Below, piece after piece: positions 1 through 7,417 of a stretch of 34,052 nt of DNA. Location of the stretch: UHGV virus genome UHGV-0211747. One strand, 5' to 3'. A model generated the notes under the pieces. The model was given only the letters and a program-made list of their open reading frames with translations. It was not told the origin of the DNA and did no database searches. Each line of letters opens with the position of its first letter. The stretch's first letter is position 1. Made by a program: the position numbers and the translations under genes. This DNA comes from a virus.

Positions 1-147
1 ATACATGCAGCACGCCTTCGACTCTTCCGGGGTTGGGGGCGTGTAACCTTTGTCAAACATGAATTTGACCAGCGATGCACACGCTACCCATCGAGTCAAC
101 CAACCGATAGCGCATATTGCCGTAGTGGCTGTGAACAGAATCGTCAC
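1..147 (-). CDS. Small hydrophobic early protein, 5' part (58 aa total, continues at 34052-34023)
   Basis: GGAGGTGA SD, GTG at 147; MTILFTATTAICAIGWLTRWVACASLVKFMFDKGYTPPTPEESKACCMY is exactly 49 codons to base 1. Confidence 0.75.
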   Translation of the reverse strand, partial: MTILFTATTAICAIGWLTRWVACASLVKFMFDKGYTPPTPEESKACCMY

Positions 148-162
148 CCTTCTCACCTCCTT

Positions 163-230
163 TGTTGTCTTACCACAATTATAAGTTGTTTAACAACTGT
201 TGTCAAGCACATTTTTGTTGACAAACAACA
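163..230. promoter_or_regulatory. Repressor operator array, (T/A)GTTG-N5-CAAC(A/T)
   Basis: TGTTG-tctta-CCACA 163-177, AGTTG-tttaa-CAACT 184-198, TGTTG-acaaa-CAACA 216-230; they overlap or flank the divergent promoters. Confidence 0.75.
178..206 (-). promoter_or_regulatory. Lytic (leftward) sigma-A promoter
   Basis: Perfect TTGACA (206-201), 17 bp, TATAAT (183-178) on minus strand. Confidence 0.85.
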
Positions 231-246
231 TTTCAAATGTTACTAT
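218..246 (+). promoter_or_regulatory. Repressor (rightward) sigma-A promoter
   Basis: TTGACA 218-223, 17 bp, TG-n-TACTAT 238-246. Confidence 0.8.
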
Positions 247-268
247 TACTCTACAAGGAGGTGATCTT

Positions 269-787
269 ACGGAACAGCGATTAAAGGAGCTACGCAAAGC
301 CCTGCATCTGACACAACAAGACTTTGCCTTTAGATTGGGCATAAGTCGTAACAATATCGCTACCTATGAAATCGGCAAAAGCCGTCCTGGTGATGCTGTT
401 ATGGCTCTCATCTGCCGCGAATTCAACGTCAACGAAACCTGGCTCCGCACCGGCGAAGGCGAGATGTTCGCGAAAGCGCCCACAGATATAGTGAGCGAAG
501 TTGCAGAGAAATTAGGGCTGAACGAATTTGAACAGCTCATCCTGAATGCCTATGTGAAGCTGCCAAAGCAGCTGCGTGATGCGTTCTGCGTTGGGATGAG
601 GGAAGGCATCTTCCGCGCAAATCCCGTCCTGAGCATAGAAAAAACCGCTCCGGCGGATGCCGAAGCGGAAAGCAAGTTGGTTATCAAGCCGGCTATTGCC
701 AGGGGCGGCGAGAGCAGCGCAGTCAATCAAGTGTCGAAGGAAGAAGAAGATGCCGTGTTACCGCCCAAGTACACGGGCGATATGTGA
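269..787 (+). CDS. XRE-family CI/ImmR-like phage repressor (apparent ACG start)
   Basis: N-terminal HTH (RLKELRKALHLTQQDFAFRLGISRNNIATYEIG...WLRTGEGEMF); AAGGAGGTGA SD at 255-264 precedes in-frame ACG 269; adjacent to ImmA peptidase. Confidence 0.85.
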   Translation, partial: TEQRLKELRKALHLTQQDFAFRLGISRNNIATYEIGKSRPGDAVMALICREFNVNETWLRTGEGEMFAKAPTDIVSEVAEKLGLNEFEQLILNAYVKLPKQLRDAFCVGMREGIFRANPVLSIEKTAPADAEAESKLVIKPAIARGGESSAVNQVSKEEEDAVLPPKYTGDM

Positions 788-1360
788 TGCAAATTGTTGG
801 AGTACCTGCCGTTCCAGCGGACTGGTATAGTAGCGGTTGCGGCGCTCCAACTCCCGCATCCTGGCCGCACGGAACTCAGCGGCCTGGCGCGAGAGTCCAC
901 AAGCCTGCTGGATGGCCTCCGGCGTGACGGCTCCCAGCTCGTGCAGGACGCAGGCCGGTGCCAACAGCCGCGCCGCAAACTGGTTTGCCTGGCGTTCAAT
1001 GTGGTCGTCCCCTGGGGTCGGCTCTCGGTTAACCGTCGTCACGCCGCCTGGTGCGACGTGACCAAGTACCAAGTGCCCCACCTCGTGTGCGATGGTAAAC
1101 CGTTGCCGCCCTGCCGGAAGTGTGCTGTCGAAGAAAATATATGCGTGGCTTTTGGTCACGGCACAGAACCCGTCTGTCTGCTTTGTCAGCTCTTCCAGCC
1201 CCAAAAGGGCGATGCTCGACGCTCCGGTGTGGTAGTCAGCGAGCACCCATCCGTAGTGGTCGCAGATAACTGACGGGCGCACGGGCAGGGCGTCAATGCC
1301 GCATTCCAATAAAATTTTCCACGCCATATCTCTGGCAGTCTTGTAATTGTCATAAGACAT
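758..1360 (-). CDS. ImmA/IrrE-family metallopeptidase (anti-repressor)
   Basis: RQRFTIAHEVGH (HExxH) and ERQANQFAARLLAP motifs; GAGGTGA SD. Confidence 0.9.
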   Translation of the reverse strand: MSYDNYKTARDMAWKILLECGIDALPVRPSVICDHYGWVLADYHTGASSIALLGLEELTKQTDGFCAVTKSHAYIFFDSTLPAGRQRFTIAHEVGHLVLGHVAPGGVTTVNREPTPGDDHIERQANQFAARLLAPACVLHELGAVTPEAIQQACGLSRQAAEFRAARMRELERRNRYYTSPLERQVLQQFASHIARVLGR

Positions 1361-1485
1361 AAGAAATCACCTCAAAGGTGATTTTAGCGGGGAATTATCC
1401 ACATTTCATTGCAAAATGTTTTCCTCCGACAGCAACTCTTTCCTTTTTGGAAATCGTTCGTGAGAATCCCCATCGGAAACATCGG

Positions 1486-1514
1486 TTGAAACTTTTCCAA
1501 CCGCAATGTATTAT
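1486..1514 (+). promoter_or_regulatory. Sigma-A promoter for lipoprotein gene
   Basis: TTGAAA 1486-1491, 17 bp, TATTAT 1509-1514; inverted repeat CGGTTG...CAACCG overlaps -35. Confidence 0.6.
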
Positions 1515-1577
1515 GTCAGTATATACCGCAATCTGACGGAATGCGGTAAAATTGACGAGAAAAAGGAGAACTAAGAG

Positions 1578-2567
1578 ATGAAAAAAGTATTATGCTTGTT
1601 GCTGGCAACCAGCATGGCGCTGATGGTGGCTGGGTGCAGCGGAGAGGCCGATACGACAAAAGATGCCAACACTACCGCTGCCACAGCTCCCGATATGCGT
1701 GTCTATGAGCTTAACGGCGTGGAGTACAAAATCCCAATGGAGTGGGAAACCTATGAGGACGATGGAAACTATTACTATTACCCAGACGGACGCAGCGCTG
1801 CTCAGACGGCGATGCTGATGGTCAATTACTCCTCCATGGACGGTGAAATGGATTACAGTAACGCATCCGAAATGATGGACGCCTACGCCGAAGGCGTAGG
1901 CGAAGCGGATGGTGCGTCTCATTTGCTCAAAGCCAGTTACCCCGAGTGGGACAACGACGCCCTCAAACTGACATACGACCTTGATATAGATTCTGACGCA
2001 TACCATGTTTCTCAATACGCGGCGCCGGTTCTCTATGATGGGATCTTTTCCATCGGGTTTTTCGGTGGCGAAAAATACCAGGATACCTATGATCTTATCC
2101 TGGAGAGTGTAAAATTCCCTTCTTCCCCCGATGCTGCACTTGATAAATCCGACGACCTGGACGATTTGTACGGGGCGGATGACGGAGAAGACAATGACGA
2201 CTACGATTATGACTGGGATGACGATGACGGTTTGTCCTCCACATCTTCTGCCGCGTCCAGCTCCGGCCAGAACGAGAATTTGTCCACCGAGCGAGCCTCC
2301 GCTCTGCAAAAGGCGCACGACTATTTGGACTACAGTGCTTTTTCCCGTACCGGCCTGATTGAGCAATTAGAGTACGAAGGTTTCTCCAAGGATGACGCAA
2401 CCTACGCTGTAGATAACTGCGGTGCAGACTGGAAAAAACAGGCTGTTTTGAAGGCCAAGCAGTACCGCGGATACTCCGCTTTTTCACATAAGGGTTTGGT
2501 GGAGCAGTTGGAGTATGAGGGTTTTACCCATGAGCAGGCAGAATACGGTGCAACGCAATCCGAGTAA
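1578..2567 (+). CDS. Ltp-family surface lipoprotein (superinfection-exclusion candidate)
   Basis: Signal peptide with lipobox VAGC; acidic linker; two C-terminal Ltp-like repeats (A..Y..YSAFS..GL.EQLEYEGF....A.Y); upstream of integrase. Confidence 0.85.
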   Translation: MKKVLCLLLATSMALMVAGCSGEADTTKDANTTAATAPDMRVYELNGVEYKIPMEWETYEDDGNYYYYPDGRSAAQTAMLMVNYSSMDGEMDYSNASEMMDAYAEGVGEADGASHLLKASYPEWDNDALKLTYDLDIDSDAYHVSQYAAPVLYDGIFSIGFFGGEKYQDTYDLILESVKFPSSPDAALDKSDDLDDLYGADDGEDNDDYDYDWDDDDGLSSTSSAASSSGQNENLSTERASALQKAHDYLDYSAFSRTGLIEQLEYEGFSKDDATYAVDNCGADWKKQAVLKAKQYRGYSAFSHKGLVEQLEYEGFTHEQAEYGATQSE

Positions 2568-2648
2568 ATAAAAAACCGCCCCGGTGCTCGCAACACCAGG
2601 ACGGTCAAAGGGTAGTAAGTTTGGATGGCCTACTACCCTTCTATTATA
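2568..2648 (-). ncRNA. Putative small antisense RNA unit upstream of integrase
   Basis: Minus-strand TATAAT 2648-2643 (GTGACT 17 bp upstream), hairpin AAGGGTAGTA...TACTACCCTT, then GC hairpin plus U-tract. Confidence 0.5.
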
Positions 2649-2719
2649 TCGTGTTTTCACTCAGAAGTCACGCTCTTTTGTGTGTGGATTGAAATTACGA
2701 AATGGAAGGAGAAAATGCA

Positions 2720-4111
2720 ATGGCCACGATAAAAAAGCAAGGCAAAGGGTATCAGATCACTGTATCGGCTGGTTATGACATCAACGGTCGGCAAATCCGG
2801 AAATACCTGACCTGGGTGCCGGAACCTGGCATGACGAAGCGTCAGCTCGAAAAAGAACTGAACCGGCAGGCTGTGCTTTTCGAGGAGCAGGTCAGGGACG
2901 GCAATATTTGTGACGGCAGTATCCGTTTCAAAGAATTTTCCGAATTGTTCATGCAGCGGCACGCAAACCCGAACCTGAAGGAAAAGACATCCTACGAGTA
3001 TCAGGCTAAGCTGGTGCGCATCAATCAGGCGATCGGCCACATCCGGCTCAGAGACCTGAAACCCGCCCACCTTGCTGCGTTTTACGCAAACCTCCAGGAA
3101 GCCGGGATCCGCGCTGGCGCAACGACAGCGGTGTGCAAAATCGACTTTGCACAGTGGATGAAGGAGCATCGCACAAGCATGGCCGAGCTCTCTCGCAACA
3201 CCGGCGTGTCCCTTTGGTCGTTCAAGCAGATGAAAGCCCGGAAGAAGATTGCGATTGAGAATGCGGCGGTGATCGCGACGGCAATGAACGCCCAGCTTGA
3301 AGACGTCTTTCTGGTCATCAAGGACACAACTCCGCTTGAGCCTGGCACCATCCACGCTTACCATCGGGTCGTGTCCGCCGTCCTGGCCAAGGCCGCAAAA
3401 TGGGGATATATCAAAGACAACCCCGCCGCAAAGACCGACCTACCCAGCTTGGGTGACAGATCAGCGGCATACCTGGATGAGGACGACGCCCGGAAGCTGC
3501 TTGAATTGCTCCAGGACGAGCCAATCAAATGGAGGACACTCATCACCTTTGACCTCTTGTCTGGGCTGCGACGGAGCGAATTGCTCGGCCTGAGGTGGGA
3601 GGATGTGAATATTGACACTCAGACCATCGCAGTGCGCCAGACCTGGAATTACACGCCCCGGAAGGGTACTTATGCCAGCACGCCGAAGACCTCAAAATCT
3701 CGCCGCCCCCTGAAGCTCCCTCGCTCTGTGTTCTTGCTGCTGCTGGAATACCAACGCTGGCAGGATGAGCAGCGGTGCGCAATGGGTGACGCCTGGGAGG
3801 ACATTGACGGGCGCGTGTTCACCACTGAGCTGGGCGCTCCGATTTTTCCAGACAGCATCACAGCGTGGTTTTCAAAGTTCATCGCCCGAAGCTGCCTCCC
3901 AAAGGTGACCGTCCATTCCCTCCGCCATACATACGCCAGTCTGATGATCGCTGATGGCACACCGCTGGTGGTCGTATCCAAGGCGCTCGGACACGCCCAG
4001 CCCAGTACGACGGCGAATATTTACGCCCATGTTATTGCGTCCGCCGAGGCGAAGGCCATGGAGACCTTCGACCGTTTTGACGATGTTGTTGCGGTAAAGA
4101 AAGCGGAGTAA
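2720..4111 (+). CDS. int: Tyrosine integrase with internal HTH insertion
   Basis: Catalytic motifs GLRRSE, HSLRH, LGH, TANIY; N-terminal arm-binding domain; AAGGAG SD before ATG 2720; adjacent attP. Confidence 0.95.
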   Translation: MATIKKQGKGYQITVSAGYDINGRQIRKYLTWVPEPGMTKRQLEKELNRQAVLFEEQVRDGNICDGSIRFKEFSELFMQRHANPNLKEKTSYEYQAKLVRINQAIGHIRLRDLKPAHLAAFYANLQEAGIRAGATTAVCKIDFAQWMKEHRTSMAELSRNTGVSLWSFKQMKARKKIAIENAAVIATAMNAQLEDVFLVIKDTTPLEPGTIHAYHRVVSAVLAKAAKWGYIKDNPAAKTDLPSLGDRSAAYLDEDDARKLLELLQDEPIKWRTLITFDLLSGLRRSELLGLRWEDVNIDTQTIAVRQTWNYTPRKGTYASTPKTSKSRRPLKLPRSVFLLLLEYQRWQDEQRCAMGDAWEDIDGRVFTTELGAPIFPDSITAWFSKFIARSCLPKVTVHSLRHTYASLMIADGTPLVVVSKALGHAQPSTTANIYAHVIASAEAKAMETFDRFDDVVAVKKAE

Positions 4112-4161
4112 ACGTTAAATAAACGTTAATTTGCTGATTTCAACAAATGCCCAGAAATAAG

Positions 4162-4197
4162 AAAAACCGTGTAACCATTGGGATTACACGGTTTTTT
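4162..4197. terminator. Bidirectional intrinsic terminator (int; tRNA after integration)
   Basis: AAAAACCGTGTAA...TTACACGGTTTTTT. Confidence 0.8.
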
Positions 4198-4198
4198 G

Positions 4199-4243
4199 TG
4201 GAGCTACTGGCCGGATTTGAACCGGCGACCTGCTGATTACGAA
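4199..4243 (-). other. att core: 3' half of tRNA-Thr(CGT)
   Basis: Reverse complement TTCGTAATCAGCAGGTCGCCGGTTCAAATCCGGCCAGTAGCTCCA: anticodon loop remnant, T-arm, acceptor strand, CCA; no 5' half. Confidence 0.85.
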
Positions 4244-4480
4244 AACTACGCATTATGTTTTGTGTGCGTTCGCAGAGCGGAGGAATGCGTTGCGCCGCAA
4301 CAGTTTTCTGTGTTTTATCGTTTTGTGCGCATGCGCACGATTCACCGCGTTTTCACCGCAATAAACGTTAAATAAACGTTAGGATAAAGCGCCCGGGGTG
4401 GATACCCCAGGCTTTTACTGTCTATCACATCATTTCAGGAGCGCATCCCGCGACATCTCCCCACAACTATTTCATCCCAT

Positions 4481-4512
4481 GCAAAACGTACCAAAATAAC
4501 GGTGCGTTTTGC
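4481..4512. promoter_or_regulatory. Inverted repeat upstream of XRE gene promoter
   Basis: GCAAAACGTACC-N8-GGTGCGTTTTGC; TATAAT at 4534-4539. Confidence 0.5.
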
Positions 4513-4574
4513 CGATATATCACTCTGTATCTGTATAATATTTCTCCTTATCATAAAAGAAAAGGAGTGATTTT

Positions 4575-4931
4575 GTGGAGATACAAGAAAATATGGCCGC
4601 AGTCATTCACGCATTAAAAGAAAAACGAGGACAATCTCTGACCGAACTGTCTGAAGACCTGGAGATCTCCCGTTCCGCTCTGCAAGAATACTTGGCGGGA
4701 AACGGGAACCCCACCTTGGCGACGGTGGAACACCTGGCTGAGCGACTGGGTATTCCCTCTGTTGCTCTAGTTTCCGGGACGCTCCCGTCTGGACAGTTCG
4801 ACGTTTTGATGACCCTGCTCGACAGCTTGAAATTGTTATCCGGTCTATCCGCTGACCAACGCCGCCGATTTACAGAGTTGCTGGGAGAAATGCTCACGCT
4901 TTGGGAAGGTGGCGAAGCCCGTGAAAGATGA
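4575..4931 (+). CDS. XRE-family HTH regulator
   Basis: SLTELSEDLEISRSALQEYLAGNGNPTLATVEHLAERLG; AAGGAG SD, GTG start. Confidence 0.85.
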   Translation: MEIQENMAAVIHALKEKRGQSLTELSEDLEISRSALQEYLAGNGNPTLATVEHLAERLGIPSVALVSGTLPSGQFDVLMTLLDSLKLLSGLSADQRRRFTELLGEMLTLWEGGEARER

Positions 4932-5145
4932 AGGAATTTTTGTAGATTTCCGCATTGCTGCTTCCTATCGTATCCCGATGTCTGTCGTCTCTCTCCGGCG
5001 TTATTCTGGACGCAACGGCATTTATGCTTACCCGATCTGCCCCCGCTGCAACACGACACTTCCGCGTGAATACCTATCCTTTTGCGATCGCTGCGGACAA
5101 CGGCTGAATTGGAAGCACTTTGCGAAAGCGACCATTATTGATTGA
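4921..5145 (+). CDS. Small zinc-ribbon protein
   Basis: CPRC...CDRCGQ; overlaps XRE stop; start uncertain (4909/4921/4978). Confidence 0.7.
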   Translation: MKDEGIFVDFRIAASYRIPMSVVSLRRYSGRNGIYAYPICPRCNTTLPREYLSFCDRCGQRLNWKHFAKATIID

Positions 5146-5156
5146 ATCTTATACGA

Positions 5157-5195
5157 CAAAAGCGCCTGGGGCCCTGCCTCAGGCGCTTTGTTTTG
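5157..5195. terminator. Bidirectional terminator between convergent operons
   Basis: AAAAGCGCCTGGGGC-CCT-GCCTCAGGCGCTTTGTTTT. Confidence 0.8.
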
Positions 5196-5200
5196 TCCAA

Positions 5201-6343
5201 TTATACCTTCGCCCGCACCAGATAATAGACCGGCTCTGTCCGGTCATAGTACGGCGCGACCGGCCCCACATTGGTATAGCAACCATCCTTGGTATTCGAC
5301 CGGAACGGCCCACCTGCGTCATACCACTTGCCGTTACCGGCGTAGATCGCCAGATTGCTATCCCACACGCACACATCACCAGGCCGCAGATCGGGGAGCT
5401 TGTCCCAGGGCTTGCCCTTTGCCTGGATGACCTGACAGCCCAGCAGGTTGCCGGTGCCGGTGACCTTGCCGTTGTCGTGACTGATGCGCTTGCCTGCCAC
5501 CAGCAAACCCACATCCTGCAAAATCCACGAGACGTAGTGGGAGCAGGTAGCGCCAGGGTGTTCCAGCTTCCGAGTTGCGTCAAAGGTGGACTTGGCTCGG
5601 TAGGTCTTATCCTGGTAGTGCCACTTGTGCTTGACCATGTATGCACCGATTTCCGCGGCGCGGGCCAGGATTGCATCCCGAATGAGCGCCGCCCTGGTTT
5701 TTGCTCCTACAATGCCGTCCACCGTCAGACCGGCCTTGTACTGATACCCTCTCACGGCGGAGTCCGTCTGCACACCCCAGATGCCGTCCTCGGTGAGCTG
5801 CCAGCCCAAGAGGTTCAGCCGGTGTTGGAGCAGCTTGACGTCATCGCCCCTGTCCCCCTTGCGGAGCAGGTTGGTGTTGCCAGTCTGGGGCTGTGTTACG
5901 GGCGTCAGAAACAAGGCCCGTTCCTCCTTGCGGCGGCGCACCAGACCGGCCAGCACCTTGCCGTTGCACTTCGTCCACATGGTCAGGGCGTCCGCCGCAC
6001 CGGCGTAGTCGCCGGCATTCAGCTTGCGCAAGGCGGTGGACTGCTTGAGCGCACCAACGCCCACGTTATACGCAAAGCTCACCAGGGCATCAAACTGGTG
6101 CTGGTTCAGCGGCACCTTGACCGCCTGGGTCACCGCATCCTCGTAGGTCTTGATGCTGTGGTCACGCAGCCAGGCATGTGCCAGTGCCTTCGTTGTGGTC
6201 ATTCCCCGGCGCACCCGCTTGCCGTAGTAGCTTCCAGTCTGGCCATAGCCAATGGTCCATACGCCGTCGAGCTTGTTGGACGCCTTGAGCAGGCAGCCTT
6301 CAAATTTTTCGATCATGGCCAAACCTTTTTCGCTGATTCTCAT
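5201..6343 (-). CDS. Endolysin: GH24 lysozyme + peptidoglycan-binding domain + NlpC/P60-like domain
   Basis: FEG...GVWTIGYG, FDALVSFAYNVG, GLVRRRKEERALF; LLRKGDRGDDVKLLQ...DGIVGAKT; CSHYVSWIL...LRPGD; GGAGG SD before ATG 6343. Confidence 0.9.
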   Translation of the reverse strand: MRISEKGLAMIEKFEGCLLKASNKLDGVWTIGYGQTGSYYGKRVRRGMTTTKALAHAWLRDHSIKTYEDAVTQAVKVPLNQHQFDALVSFAYNVGVGALKQSTALRKLNAGDYAGAADALTMWTKCNGKVLAGLVRRRKEERALFLTPVTQPQTGNTNLLRKGDRGDDVKLLQHRLNLLGWQLTEDGIWGVQTDSAVRGYQYKAGLTVDGIVGAKTRAALIRDAILARAAEIGAYMVKHKWHYQDKTYRAKSTFDATRKLEHPGATCSHYVSWILQDVGLLVAGKRISHDNGKVTGTGNLLGCQVIQAKGKPWDKLPDLRPGDVCVWDSNLAIYAGNGKWYDAGGPFRSNTKDGCYTNVGPVAPYYDRTEPVYYLVRAKV

Positions 6344-6546
6344 ACTTCGGCCTCCTCGCCCACTTCGGGCAGCCCTGCCAAACTGGTCAGCAGGGACAAA
6401 ATGCCCGCCAGGACAGACGCGCTGCCCACCACCAGCCAATCTACGTCGGCCAGGACATAGGCGGTGCTGAGCGCTGCAAGAGCGGTCTGGGCAACCGTTT
6501 TCAGTGCTCTAATACCCGCTGCTTTCCACCAATTTTTATTCTTCAT
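6340..6546 (-). CDS. Holin (r1t-like)
   Basis: WWKAAGIRALKTVAQTA...SLLTSLAGLPEV; two hydrophobic segments; directly upstream of endolysin. Confidence 0.9.
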   Translation of the reverse strand: MKNKNWWKAAGIRALKTVAQTALAALSTAYVLADVDWLVVGSASVLAGILSLLTSLAGLPEVGEEAEV

Positions 6547-6802
6547 GGCTATGCTCCTTTCTATGTTCCAGGTCGTCAATCCGATGGTTGGCGACTTTCA
6601 TTTTTTCTTCCAATACCGGCACACGTTTTGCAAAATTATTGTGGTCTCTGACCTCGCGGGTCAGCTCTACAATTTTGGTATCCGTGACAGCCTGGGCGAT
6701 TTCCAACTGCTGCTGCAATTTCTTTCCGTTGCTCCGGCTGGTGATGATGACGCCGATCAGCGACAGCCCGCCGGTGATCAGCGCTACGATGATACTTTCC
6801 AT
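6536..6802 (-). CDS. Small membrane protein of lysis module
   Basis: N-terminal TM helix plus coiled coil ending NHRIDDLE. Confidence 0.75.
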   Translation of the reverse strand: MESIIVALITGGLSLIGVIITSRSNGKKLQQQLEIAQAVTDTKIVELTREVRDHNNFAKRVPVLEEKMKVANHRIDDLEHRKEHSHEE

Positions 6803-6811
6803 ATGGTCTCC

Positions 6812-7417
6812 TCACGTAAATTTGAGCACAAAGTTTTCCGGCGTCACCACCACCGGCGTATTGTTTTTGGTGTTGTAGGCGCTTGCCGCTTTAATGGCGA
6901 CAGTTACGCCATTTTCATAAGGTACGCAGGAGGGAGTGCCCAAAGAGCTGACCGTCGCATCCTGTGCAATGTACCCGCCTTCGATTTTGCGTCCTGTGAT
7001 AATAGCCGTACTGGGGTTGGTGATTGTTACTCCAGTCACCCCCACGAGGGGGCGAGCCAACGGAAGATAAAAATATAGGTTCGTTCCACTGCCGGTGACG
7101 CCACCGGCGCAATACATCCGCGTGATAGTCATCGTGTCTCCTGGACGTAGCGCATAATCGGCACCGGCAGGACCTTGTGGGCCAGCGGGGCCTTGTGCTC
7201 CTACATCGCCCTTATCTCCCTTGGCACCGGTTGCACCCTGCGGGATTTCAAATTCCAGGACGATTTTCTGCGTTGTTCCGGAGTTGTAGACATTTGCATT
7301 GCTCCCAGCTGGGAGTGTTTTTGTGCCACCTATGCTCACAGTTGTAGCAGCAGCTCCGCCAGCTTCGTCCACTTTTTTCGCAAGCGACGTAAATTTAGCC
7401 CGTGTCCGTTTGTCCAT
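6812..7417 (-). CDS. Tail fibre-like protein with short collagen repeat
   Basis: IPQGATGAKGDKGDVGAQGPAGPQGPAG; ATG overlaps upstream TGA. Confidence 0.75.
   Translation of the reverse strand: MDKRTRAKFTSLAKKVDEAGGAAATTVSIGGTKTLPAGSNANVYNSGTTQKIVLEFEIPQGATGAKGDKGDVGAQGPAGPQGPAGADYALRPGDTMTITRMYCAGGVTGSGTNLYFYLPLARPLVGVTGVTITNPSTAIITGRKIEGGYIAQDATVSSLGTPSCVPYENGVTVAIKAASAYNTKNNTPVVVTPENFVLKFT

Larger units (their letters stand above)
4109..4382. other. attP region with integrase arm-type repeats
   Basis: Tandem TAAACGTTAAA-TAAACGTTA at 4109-4129 and 4362-4381 flank a tRNA-derived core. Confidence 0.85.

Noticed and set aside
200..268. TTG200 start for the repressor in the ORF track
   Set aside because: No SD; lies upstream of the gene's own promoter, within the operators
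788..1413. immA as a recombinase-invertible segment (TGCA at both edges)
   Set aside because: Only ~5 bp of inverted homology, no invertase gene, and the present C-terminus looks natural
4199..4243. Functional tRNA-Thr gene
   Set aside because: Only the 3' half is present; it is the att core
5120..6460. 446-aa plus-strand ORF and similar long antisense ORFs (e.g. 12364-13857, 17195-18190, 20623-21663)
   Set aside because: Shadows of GC-rich minus-strand genes; no recognisable motifs
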